Below, one piece after another: positions 24,260-37,700 of a DNA stretch of 64,000 nt. The notes beneath the pieces were generated by a model. The model ran no database searches, had not been told where the DNA came from, and saw only the letters and a list, made by a program, of their open reading frames with translations. This DNA comes from Phoronis australis. Its lineage: Eukaryota > Animalia > Phoronida. The stretch's first letter is position 1; every line of letters begins with the position of its first letter. Both the position numbers and the translations under genes were made by a program. The stretch lies in contig NMRA01000347.1 in NCBI GenBank assembly GCA_002633005.1, forward strand, positions 412,234 through 476,233, written 5' to 3'.

Positions 24260-24332
24260 TTAATTCTTCACCGGTCCTTTCTGATTCTATGTTCATCTTC
24301 GAAGGAGCAAGTACGGGCACTAATTCATACAT
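24260..24332 (-). CDS. SET: Candidate alternative first coding exon of SET (alpha-like isoform)
   Basis: ATG-initiated 73-nt frame MYELVPVLAPSKMNIESERTGEEL ends in a phase-1 consensus donor A|GTGAGT, the same phase as exon 23312-23243, so it would splice in frame to the exon starting at 22474. Confidence 0.5.
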
Positions 24333-25764
24333 TTCAGTTCTCGCAGCCCATATGGAGGGGGGCTCCAACTACAGTGTAGCACTGATCCGTCGCAACACGG
24401 GTATATTCCCATGACAGTCCCGAAATACTATCTATGCGTAACAGAGACAGTCTCAGTGCTGAGTTTTACGGGGATGGTCCCCCGGACTCCTTATCAGGCG
24501 GTCGTTATGTAACGATATAACGTAGCATAAGTGGAAAAAAGCAAATTGTTTCATCCGGGAATTTCCTTGTGAGGGTGAATAGAAATAGATGGGAATTCTG
24601 AAAACAGGAACATTTGATTATATAACTAGGGTCCCCTATGCAGTCAAATGCTGCCTCAGTACTGGAAGTTTATATATCATCCCTTCTCAGCGTTGGCCCC
24701 GGGGGGTCCCTCAGTAAAGAAACAAATGCATCCAATCTTATAAGAGTACTTACGCCTGACTGGTTGGAAACCGAGCTTGAAAACCAAAAGAATGTATTGC
24801 ACTGATCTGCCAAACATCAGTCTGAATTGTATTACGTCATATCGACAAGACCGTCGTCTAGTCTTAAATGATAGTGACCGTACATTTTGAATGACACTCT
24901 GAAACTGGCACTAAGAATAAAATTCGTTGAAGATTAAATATATTCTTCACGACGGAACTGGACCACACATCACAAGTTAAACCAATTAACACATACTGTA
25001 CATATACTGTACGTTTAATTAAGTAGACTTGACGAATTTGATGTCAAGTCCGCCAAGTTTTAGGCTAAGAAGAAGAACCACCTGTTTTATTCTACGCAGC
25101 AGTTACATTTTGCTAGGAGTCACGACCCCAATGATTTCGAGGTGTAGGGGAAAGGCAATATTTCACGCGATTGTATTTTAAATTAAGCAATACATGCATA
25201 AATACGTCTTCCTTTCGGACACCAGTATTTTTTCTGACATTCTGAAATCATTATGCAGTAAAATCTCAGTTTTCGTGTGAGTGCAGTCGACATACATGTA
25301 CGGTGTTTGAGAGTATAGAATGAACCGTTTGGCCATTAAAGCAGTAGTGGAGAATTCAATAGCTGTCTCGCTAGTAAACAAATCTAGCCAAAATCATGTG
25401 TTCTCATTAATATACACGACAATCCCTCACGTAATCTAGCGAAATCTTGCTCTTTAGAGAATTTCCTAGTGTAGGTCCCAGCTTTACTGAGCTCTATCTC
25501 TTAGCCTGTATGTCTGTAACGAATATTGTCAATGAGGACACTAAATGCTATGGTGGCGGGGTCGCTGAGTTGTAGTAAAAAGAGATGTGAATTTGAACGC
25601 CAGTAGATTTTTGCCAGATTCACCAGATAGATTGCTCTTATGGACGAGGGATGCTTCGGCATCTTTGTTATCAGTTCGAGACCTTAATGAGAAACTTCGA
25701 TGATAATTCTCCGATTGTTTCAAGTCTAAACTTTTAAAAGGAGAATAATTCGTTTCACTTTTAG

Positions 25765-28700
25765 ACTTTGGATTGTTGGAAACTCCAAGAAACCCCACAA
25801 GTGCTAACGGGTCTTCATGTTCAAGTTCAAAGCTAAACATCACTAGCGTCACTGGCTCTCTCAACAAGTCGTCTTCTGGTCCCCGCACATCGTATCTGTC
25901 GTCATGGTAACTACCACGTTTTTCAACATGATATATAACAATGCCACATTTTTAGCACCAACTATTACACTAGATAAGATGACAACCAGAAGAGACCAAG
26001 CTTAAGTAGATCTCATATTGCAGACTTTTTAATTCATCATGTCGACTAGGGCCACCCCTGTTTTTCTTTGGCATTTCAACACAAACACTCGGTTTCCGTA
26101 AGTGACGCAAGTCCAGTTTCCATCTCCACCAGATTCGACGAAAACTGATTTATTCTCACTTCACTGTTTGACAAGGTTGATGCAAATGTTCTCGCCCCTT
26201 TTGTGAAGACAGACTTTGCAATTTGAATTACAAAAAAGCCAATTGGAAAACAAAGCTTAGCTGAAGATTCATCATAACCTTTCAATTGAAACGGGTCGAG
26301 GGTTCCAGCCAGGCTATTTTATTCTAATGTAATTTTACAGTGCACCTGCACTCCAGTTGTCATCCACAGAGCGCTAGCTCTCAAAGACCCAGCCTAATCG
26401 GTGGTTTCGTAAAAAACTAATAATGAGTAAGCTATCAGTATATCCCTGTATACCTAATCAGCTATATTCTATTTAAATGTTCTTTAATGTTGTTGGAAGT
26501 CCGTCGGGTCAGCGTCCATCCTGAGGCGCGTTCCATAACTGCAAGGTATATGCCTACTCTCGAGCGGCACACAAATTGCGGCGACTAATCTTTGTATTAT
26601 GGAATGGAATGAGTGAATTTCATGTCGAAATGCACCATATTCAATTCTTGCCGACTAATCCATTTAGCGACGTCCACTGTGTTGAATTGAGTTTGAGTCG
26701 ATGTTAATCGCGAAACACTCGCCTTCCGCTCGCGTTATTTTGCGTGACTGATCTCTCTTTCTCGTTATACTAATAAACTTAACCTGCATGTATTTCAATG
26801 ACGACACACGCGTCTGTTACTCATAGACTGGCCAGACGTTCCATTCAAATACATTGAAGTCTGACTTCGAGGGTCTAACTACACCTTGAGATAAATTAAA
26901 ACTTTATACATTGACAGTTCCAGTAGAGCCCCAACCAGCGCTGGTCCGTTCATCACCCCAAGGTCAGTCCGATCCCAGACTCCTTCTTCGCGTCTACCGT
27001 CGCGCGGTACAAGCACGTCAACGACACCCGCTCTGGACAGGGGTTCTTCAACGATAGTGGGTGAGTTGATCAGCGTTTGGCAAATGGGCTCGAGTACTTG
27101 ATCGACAAACATGTGAGAAAACTAGAAACTGGGCATGTTTTTGCATAAATGGGACAAACACCAACTTCTGTCCAACCGTGATAACACGAATTGAAAAGAA
27201 AGCGCGAAGTGGTGACAACTGAAAGGACGGCGTTTGAACAAATTGAATCTGCCCAGGCTTCCAAATTTTGACTCCACTCAGGTAAAAACAACAAAAAACT
27301 CTTATTTGGATGAAAGTGTTCCATTTTGATAAACTCCATATGCAAAGAGAACTTACTGAGCAATGCACGTGGTATAATACATGTAGGCCTACTAAGCATG
27401 ATGCGAGTTAAATCGATATAAGGCGACTCGATCGTCAACGCGATTTGCACCAAGCTTGATGGAATGCGGTTAGATGCCCGAACTCTGTTGCACCTCCACG
27501 GTTCGTGCGTTCTGAATCGTTTTATAGCCATAGTCGAGGGTCGCGGCTTAGCCAGAGGAGAGATCGGAATGTCTAGCATAGACCTAAGGCGCCCTCTCGT
27601 GATGATGCATCAGTTTTCCGACAGTGCAACCTACGCCAATGTGATGACGACACTGCAGATACTGCAACCTCTAGAGGTAGGATTTAGTGCTAATTCACCG
27701 TTTGTCCAAGGCAGAGACTGATTTAGTTAACTTTGTTTTCAACAGCTCGGTACCAGAGCTAACAAGACTGCATTCTAGACCTTTATGTATCAATACATGT
27801 AAGTGTTTTACAATAAAACCCCTTGGACAAATTTCCATTGACCTTTACTGATTGCGCGTAGAGGCAGATCTGCTCAAAATTATAGACACTCGTCCCCTCC
27901 AACTGATCGCCATCTGTGCTTGTACATACAGTACAACCCAGCCAACTCTAGCGAAGAATGCGCACACGTCGTTTTTCGTCTATCCCTGATATGGCAAGTC
28001 ACATGCGACTGGAGGTTCCCGGATTGTAAGGATCAGTTTTATCCCGGTTATTCATTGGTTCTGAAAATGCCAGACCCCTGTAAACGACTTTTGCCTATTA
28101 AGAGGTCTTTTGTTTAGTGTTCTTACTCTCCATTGAAGAAACAGTTACCAAGTCTCCTCTGTAACAGATCATTATGCCGAACACCGCTTGCGAGAATGGA
28201 AACATGACAAAACTATTCAAGACCATTAACGACAGCTTTCAAGGCACCAATATCGCAACCGTTCAAAGGAAGTACTTTAACGAAACCAAAGGTCAGTCAC
28301 AACATAATGTATTACGGAAAAGATATTTAAAAGTTTCACAACGAGACAAGATTATTTATTTTTTTGGAGCTTGATATAATTGACACACCTAAAATTGGTG
28401 TGTCCTTCTATAGCGGCTGTTGCATCTAGGTTGCTTTCACATTTAAAGAGTAGAGAACTGAACAATTTAGTACCTGATTTTATCATCCTCACTCACGCCT
28501 ACGTTATTGATCTTGCCACTTTATACAAAAGGTGGCGTTCCTCAAGCTAATTTCAATATTTGTTTCAGGTTTACAGTATGTTAAACAGCTATGTCTTGTT
28601 GAATTCAGCAAAGTCGAGATGGAAGTCACCACGAAGTACGTCAGAGAAACTACAAATATTACTTTACTTCTCAATACATAACTGGTTAAATACACGACGT

Positions 28701-31700
28701 TGTTGACCATCTTTATTCCATTCCGTTCAGCATCCTCGGAACAAACTTCTTCATTCAACAGAGCATTGGTAACTGACCAAAAGACGTGATTAAAAAACAC
28801 GATATTTCGAAACATACTTGTTTCATTCTCAAGTGCAGCGTGCGGGGCTGCAGTATATAACAAGTGCAGCGTGCGGGGCTGCAGTACATAACAAGTGCAG
28901 CGTGCGGGGCTGCAGTACATAACAAACATGTGGTGATCAAATGAGTTTCATTTAGCGAATCAAAACCTTATTTCTTCATAAGCGGGTTCCCTCTCCAAAC
29001 AGTCTCGCCACGTTTTTCCTTTGTATAAATTGCAATTGGTAAAAAAACGCATTGAACTCCCCTGACTAAAATTTTGCTTCAGCGATGGTAACTAATCTTC
29101 TTGGTGAGGAGCTTGTAAGAGTGAAATAATAAACAAGAGGCTAGAAGTCATTTTTATTTCGAGTAACCAACGAGGCAAGATGAGTAACTTTAATCAAGTG
29201 TTTTCTACTGAGGGGAACGATGGTTTGCCTTGTTTTTAGAAAATAAAATGATTCTGAGGACCGACGTATACTTTTCTTGCTTTGTTCTGTAGTAAGTCCA
29301 ATGAGCGCTAATCACGGCGATAGAAGAGTAACGTATTGCTAGCCTTTTGTCTTTTTATCGCATTTTAGATATTATTGCCTGGCGGCTACTGCAGCTCTCT
29401 TAAAGTATGTAGAGTTTATTCAGAACGTTGTTTACGCTCCTAAATCGCTGAAGATCGTGTTCAAAGGAAGTGAGCGAACAACCATGATAGGTAAACAATT
29501 TGATGGATGAGGTTTTCTTTATTTCCTCCAGGATATTCCTGATGTGCAGTTCCACGTGTTTTGTTAGACGTTTTAAATTTGAGAACATCACGAAACAGTT
29601 ACTAGGTACTATACATGCAACTATGTAATCAAGATGTAGTTAAGATTGTGTGGGCCATATAAATTACTAAACAGTTGCGTATTTAGCCAAATATAGACTT
29701 TAGCTCCGGGCAAGTTCATATTTTCTCAAAGCCTATAGCCTGTAGATAAGATTTTTTTACTTTTTACCAATGATATGCCATTTAATGGGCCACGTGACCA
29801 TAATGAATAAAATTCATCACAAAAATAAGGGTAAATACACGGCAAAATAACTGTTTTAAGTGCATGACCGAATTTGATTTTATATAAATGTTTTATGACT
29901 CAAATCTCAAAAACGTACAGTTTTGTAAATCATCATTTTGTTTCCGTTTCAAGAAACGTTTTTAAAAGAGTATTTTTATAAAAGTCTTCATTAAAAGTCC
30001 TATTTTTGATAGCCATGCATGCAAAAGTGTAACATTGTAAAAGCAATTCCATGCGAGGTTTTGCAGGACAGTGAAGCATTGCAACAGCAAAAGTTTCGGT
30101 TCGGAAATTGCATCTGTCACTTCTGATATATGACGTTCCGAACTTTATTAAAGTAGGATATTTCAGGGTCCTACATGTACATAACCTTAAGTACGTACTC
30201 ATATCTTAAGTACATGGTGTGGCTGCGCCTTCATTTCCTGAAACGTCATTACTTTGAAATAGGATGTCTAAACGCAACAAAATGCGTGATTCTTATGAAG
30301 TTCATTAACAGAAGTGATAACTGGAATGAAAGCGTCTCAGGCGTAATGGCAGTTACTGAACAGTGGCGGATTCGGGGTTAGGGGGGAGGAGGCCATGCCG
30401 TCCCCGAAATTCTCCCAGATCCTATTTAGCGGCTCGTGGGTGCGAATGTCTAACGGGCAAAATCCTGTTTAAAACTATGCCTTGCACCCCTTAACTCAGA
30501 ATCTTGGATCCGACCCCTACTGAAACCAAGAGCACGTCTTGCTTACTTACAGACACAGCCACTGCTACGAACTTGGAACTTCTTCAGAATACCAGGGATC
30601 CCCGGAGCGTGCATACTTTATTTGGTGCGCTAAATTACACAAAGACTGTTGGTGGCGCTCGTCTCTTGAGGGCAAACATTCTACAACCACCTTGCGGTAG
30701 CTTTCCGTTATATAACATATCCACGACATTATTACCCTTTAAAGGTTTCCTGTCTTTTTGATGGTCAAGCGTGTTTTCTTAGAGACATGTCAACATTATT
30801 GCCACTTATTAATTCATAAAGAAACCAGAGGCGCGCTTCGTACGCCGGAAGTCTAAACATGCGTGTCCACACAATTAATCTGCTATGACTCACACAAGAT
30901 GACTAAAATACGTGTATGTTTACGACGTTCTCAGCCACCTAGCATACCTTAGAAACTAAAAACATTCCCATTATGGCACGACATAATAGCTAATTACTTC
31001 ATTGTATTGTCCTGTATTGACTTTTTCATGATTGCTCAAAGTTTGAAGGAGGGTAAAAACAAATCGAAAACGCCACTTTCATTACCAGTTGTCCCTTGAC
31101 AGATTTAGAGACCATTAGATTACGCTTGGACGCTGTGACAGAGTTGACCGGAAACGAAAACTTGTTCTACAATCTCCAGTCTGTCATTGCACGATTTCTC
31201 GACATCGATCACCTTCTGTCGCTGTGCATTCAAATTCAGAAACAAGAGACGGTGAAAGCCGCCGAAAGTAAAATAACAAACGTGATATACTTGAAACACA
31301 CTATGGAGCTGGTCGAACCCCTTCGAGAAGCCTTGAAGGAATCCAACAACCCGTTGTTGCGAGCGTACAAGGAGGTAGGAAATTTGAAAGAAACATATTG
31401 TTGGATTGATGTTGGTTCCTCGTCGATCTGTTTACTTTGTACTGAGCTCTATTCGTGATTGATTGCGCGAACAGGAAACAATTATTTCTATGAAAAGTTA
31501 GAAGCAGCTGGCGACTGGAGACGGTGCGCAATGCTGTATTTGTGCATTTGCCAATCTTTATAAACCTCATTTTTATTTTTGGTGCAAATTAACTAAAAGA
31601 TAGTTCAAGTATTCTCATGTCCATGTTGCTAAAATGCTTTGTTTGGTTTGCTTACAGTCTTTGAATGACGCTCGGTTTGGTGTTATCATGAATAAGATCC

Positions 31701-34700
31701 AGACGGTGATCCATGACGATACGCACTACCAGAAGGGAACACTGAGCATGCGCACACAGAAGTGTTTTGCTGTAAAGGTTAGCCCATTCCGTCCATTTAC
31801 GTAAGTGATGAACTCAGACCAAAGCATTCCAGTTATTGGTCATTCTTTAATGAAATACCAGACTTTTTCACATTCCGTAGTGAACAACAATCAGGCAGGT
31901 GAAATCTCCAAAACTGTTGCACAGGTCTGTACAATAACTTCGGATTGAGTTTCCTGCGCATTTCAAATTGGTGAAAGTATTTCGACATTCTTCTCTTTGC
32001 CTGCTATTGCAGCGAGCTTTCGACGGTAAGAGTGGACCTCATTACGACATCTTTTTCCCTCTCCAATGTATATCTTGTGCAGTTTCAATACCATTGAAAT
32101 GAGAATTTTGTAGCCATTAATGTCTGGTAAGAGTTTTTTAATCGTCGTGACTTGTTTCGTTCAAATGCTACATGGAAACTTCAAATTACATAATTGTATT
32201 GTGAATCTTCTTCTCTTTTATAGCCTAAGATAAATGGTAAGTTGGTGTTCCCGCTCATTGTGAAGCTTTTACCTCCAAAGATGTTCGAGTTGAAAAGTCA
32301 TGCATACATGTATCTCGGGATATTATGTTGACCTGAATATATTTAAGAATAAAATCTTTTTTTACTATACAGTATGCACGTGCATGCTTATACTAGACCA
32401 CGCACCTATATACGCATCCGGTTTTAACACGTACATGTAAACTTTTGCTCAATTTTTTATTGGTGCATGCGTCTTAGCATCACTTGTAGGCACAGGCGAA
32501 TGTCCCTTGTATGCGTTCAAATCTTAAACTTTATATTTCATTTCGTTTTGTTGCCCATAATCTATCGGATACACCCATTTGTAACGGAAAGTTCAAGTTT
32601 AACTCATTAAGATGTTTTAAATTCAGGCCCATGTCCTTATTTCCGGATTCAACTGCAGCTTTGCTACCAGGCACATGAGCCGAAGTACACAAATGTACGG
32701 CAATGTGTTTTATGAAAAGTCAAACATTTTGACTAGCTTTGCCCACATTCATTATCCCAAAATAATGCTATTATACACTTTAAAAAGTGCCAAGGCAATT
32801 GGAATATGCACAAAAACAAAGTTGACTAAATGAGTTGTGTACATTTCACAATTACTGCCATCATCAGCAGCGAAGTGTGAGCAAAATAGCACTTTTGTTG
32901 TAAAACAAACTAGAGCTTCATTGCCGGAAAAGAAGCTTTTATTCGTTACTATCAAAATTATTTGATGCTAAACAGGTCTGTTGGACGTTGCTCGTAGAAC
33001 ATACACGGAGATTGTCGATGACATTGCCGAGCTCACTAAGCAGTTGGCCACTACATTCAAGCTTCAACTAAAAACAAGCTATAACACAACTCGTGGGTTC
33101 TTCATACAACTGTTCTCTGATGGTAAAGATGGGGTCACCAAGGAAACGCTTCCAGCCTGCTTCATAAAAGTCACAAAAGTTCGAAATACTTACAGCTTTA
33201 CATCAACAGATCTGGTAAACCATTAATTCTGTGTTCAAGTCGTTAATGGATGTAGTTATAAACAGTGACAGGTGATAGGTAAATGGTGATATCTTGTTCA
33301 TTAAAGTTTAATTGAAACATTTGAAAGGTGATTAAATTGACAACATGTTCAGTGTATATGACTATGTCAATCTCAGACTTATATTCATTAGTTCACGTGA
33401 TGTGACCAACAGACGGCGTGCTAACAATATGTTCAGTTTCCTAAGTATTTACGTTTATTACTTGTTTTCCCGATTTACTGTTTTATATTTCAGATAAAGC
33501 TGAATGGTATGTTCGTTATTCACTTCAATGCTAATATTAGTTTCAATGAAATTGTGAGACTTCGTAATTTCGTTTCGGAGAACCGTTTATTTTATGCCCC
33601 TGTCAGCAATCTCGTGCTTGTGTTCTTGTACAAGTCGTTGGCGGTAGATGTAACACGCATGTGCACATGTCACGTGAATTTTTTTATCCAACAGTCTTCG
33701 AGAGTCTGTGGTGACTTACAACACCATTTCACGGCATTGATTTAAAACACCCGACTTCATGTCCGAAGAAAATGTGATACCTTATTCTTGACACTGATTT
33801 TGTAGATCGCGTCAGAGAATCACTGAATGAAATATACCTGATGACGAACATGTGAGTTGAGCAAAGCGGCAGTTACAAAAAGAAGATACTTAAAGATCTA
33901 ATAACTAATATATTTAACAGTGTTTTCAACTTTTAATGGTTTTTGCCATATTTTGTCACTTATTTCAGATGTATGGCCGTCCGCTTTAATTTTTTAAAAT
34001 TAATTATGCGTGTATTTTTGTAATCTTGAGTCCTTGGGCATATCATTTCCCGTTTTCTTTCGTAAATAAAATCTTGAGATAAAACAGAATGATTGCCATT
34101 GACGGTATTCCAGGAAACTTATGACTACTAGGTTGGGTGGGGACACGGCTTGTCCAAACCCTGGACTGTACGTGTGCCACTCCTGGTCTGTGGTCTTGGC
34201 ATTGACACTCTAGTAACACAATAATATACTTCTCCATTATTTTAGTTCTCAGGTCGCTTTCATTGTCAATCGGACGAGGAATCTCCAATTTATATGACAG
34301 AATTACCAGCCAATTTTTATTTCATCGCAATTTAAGTACATTATCTATTTTGCCAGTAAATATCATCATACCCGATACCCTAACACTGTTATAGCAACCC
34401 CACCTCACGTGTCTTGGATGAATGCAAGTAGACATTATTTATAATAACTAAATCGGTGTGTTCACGTATGTCTATGTTCCACTATGTAATGGAAACGGCG
34501 CCTGGTTTCCTTTAGTGTGGTCACTGAACTTCTGAATGAGATCCGGGATCACATCGGTTGCCTGTACAAATTGACAGATTGCGCCGCCATGCTGGACATG
34601 TTGGTCAGTTTCTCACACGGCTGCACGCTGTCACATTACAGTAAGTTAGCTCCCCTTTCATTCTACTCCACCGTTCTTGTTAAGAGTCTTCGAGGCCCGA

Positions 34701-37700
34701 GTAACCGGCGTAAAATATTGCCGACTGAATGTCTGTACGTCCATTACATGAGTCATTCCAAAGGTAGCATAAAGATCATCCTGATGACTCATAATATGTT
34801 GACAGATAAGCACCTCTCTCGCCAGTGATTTTGAAGCTTAAAAACTCCCATCCCTCATAGTCCTCATGCTTATTCTACAGTTCTGTGGCGGGAGCTTAAA
34901 TCACGTAAACTTGTAACTTAGGCATTATCGTGACGCGATCCCCCGAGAGTTTTCCAGCGGTGGTGGTGACACTGCGTCATTGTTGTTGGACTTAAACGAA
35001 ATTGTCTTTCGTCAATGGTCCGATCAACTGCTCAATAATCATGGTTTAACTTTTGGTCTCCTCAACTAATTAACAGAGTACAAAAATTCAGTTAGTTTTC
35101 ATCAACAGACAGTAAATGCCAAAATGTTCCATTGGATCGTCAGTGAATCATAAGTTGCCAAATCGCACAGTCTACGGTGTAGTTTCGTTCTCATATAAAT
35201 ACGTTAAACTCTATGACGAAGTGAGATATATTTTCAGCTCGACCAGAGTTTACCGATACCCTGGCCATCAAACAAGGAAGACACCCTATTCTGGATAAGA
35301 TCAGCCTGGACGCCCCTGTTCCCAACAATACAGTGAGTAAGCGTGCTTGATTGCCGCAGCCGCGCCCCCGCCACCCAAATAACTGATTTTAAGTTGTAGT
35401 TACTTAGAAACGTGTTACGAGACTTCTTTGCCCCGGACATAACTTTCTGGAAATTTTAAATTATTAATAATCAGACTCTTTGTTTAGAGTGGGTGACCTG
35501 TCCAGCAAACTTTGCTGTTCCTTCATAGGGCCCGGATGTTGTTTGTACTCTTGCACTGTACATGTATGACTTAAACCGTGTTCAAAGCATTGCCGTAATG
35601 CAGGACGTTATCAAATAGACTACAAATAACGAGTTGTGTGTTTCAGTACGCCTGTCAAGACAGCAACTTTCTTGTTATCACGGGACCTAACATGGTGAGT
35701 TTAGTTGTCCGAGTTTTTGAAAGTTCACCATTTTGTCTTTACACGTTAAGGTGTACATGTATGTTTATGATTGTTGGACACTTCATGTGCAAAGATGTTG
35801 CTGATAATAAACACGCGATGCTTTAACAATAACTGCGGTCGAAATCTTCGAATTCGGTCATGTACTACTACCTTAAGAGCTTGTTACATAATAACATACA
35901 CAACTTGCGGGTTTCTCGCTACTCACTGTGACGTCACCGGAAAGGGGGCAAAACCCGCCATATTGCTCTTGTTTTGCCCCGAGTCTTTGCTACACACGCT
36001 AAAACTTACTGGAGTTCGTATGGTGAATTTTACGCTTAAAACGTTAAAACAACTTAAGATATGGTAGATGGGTCGTGGAATAACTGTGAATAGACGAAGA
36101 AAATGTGACCTTGTTATGTTGTGCGAAGCTGTGAACGGACTGAAATTGGAACTTAACCCGCTCTAGGCCTGAATGGCGCAGGCTTAGAGGGGCGATAGTG
36201 TATCCCCATAAAAAGATATTCACTTCAAAATACAGCAAATAAAATCAAATGAAACATGCATATGTGCACATGAAGTTATAATTAACACATACCCTGACTC
36301 TGGACACAATTTAGTCTACAAATAACTTGAGCATATTCATGAAAACCTCGCGGTTCTCTCGAGTTTCTCTCACTAAAGAGCCGCCATTTTGAGGAAGTTA
36401 CACTGTACGTGAAATCACGCCTGTTGACGAACAAAAAGTCCAAGGGACACAAATCTTACAAATTTCACTTGATATTTCCTCATGCTATTTTGCAAGTGTC
36501 ACGCGCCAGATCTCGCGCTTCGCTCAGTCTCGCGCTAGCCCTTGCCTCATACTCACCTGACTCAGTTGAAATACTTGATTGTGGTAATCGCGCGCGCGGA
36601 AAAAGTTAACAGTAACCACAAAGTGGAGTTGCAATTCTTCGCCTAAGTCACCTGAATTCCCGTATATATGCTTCATCGAAGATATGTTTAGAAGCAGAAA
36701 GAGTCACTGAAGAAAGTAAGAGCCTTTTAGGTGCTAATTCTAGGTGTAGAATGTATTTTCGACGAGGTAAAAACTTTATCAGTGAGCAGATTTCGCCTAC
36801 CGGCCGTTTAAAATACACGGGACGAAATTAGTACAGAACGCGATAGAACGTATTGTAGTGCGAATCTGAAGTTCATTTGCCATAACAGCAATGCTTTTGG
36901 AAATTTTTCGAACTAAACGGCTAAAAACTCGAAGACAATAACAGAATACACTCTGCTACCGTATTGGGCAAATGACCAAACGACAAGCTTTTGCCCCACT
37001 TCCCGTGACGTCACAGTTAAGTCTCACATAATCTCGCGTTATTGTTATAAACTCGCAAAAGGCAGTTAAAATGAAGGTGTTGCCCCCTCGTTTGTGTACG
37101 TCAGCTACATGTAAGTGATACGTCGAAGACCTACCTTCTTGTAGTTTCCACTAATCTAAATTCTTTTATGAAACTCCCCAATCGAATATTTTCTAAACTA
37201 ATCTGTTTTTACCCTTTGAAAGATGTTTTTTTTCGACATTCGGGAATATCTTTCACTAACTAGATATGCTATGAAGTTTCTTTCGGGAATTTTGAGCTAA
37301 AGTGAAGCAGAAAGAAAATCTGTAACAAAGTTGGGAAATATAGTTATACACTGTACATCGTTTTTGGTAAACTCTTCCGTGTGAGCATTCTAACCTTTCG
37401 TCCACTCAAAATGGGTACCAGTGAGTAATAGGTTAAACTTGTGACAACAGTCGCCATACTACATGTAGTTGATTTGCTTTTTCCGCACTGTAGAGTGGAA
37501 AGTCAACTTACCTCCGGCAGATAGCGCTACTCCAGATTATGGCTCAGATCGGTTGCTTCGTGCCGGCAGAGTTCGCCTCCTTTCGGTTAACTGATCAGAT
37601 CTTTTCGAGGATAGGCAGCGATGACGACATAGAGACCAACTCATCCACTTTCATGCTCGAGGTATTAGACTGTACGCCTACTTTTAACGTGTTTGTGTAT

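Noticed and set aside
27070-27579. 169-aa minus-strand ORF
   Set aside because: It is antisense to an MSH4 exon and intron with no recognisable homology.
28830-28922. 31-bp repeats resembling a CRISPR array
   Set aside because: The units are contiguous with no spacers and lie in a eukaryotic intron.
32835-32875. CTGATGA...GAAA on the minus strand, hammerhead-like
   Set aside because: Stem II cannot close properly and I found no stems I or III.
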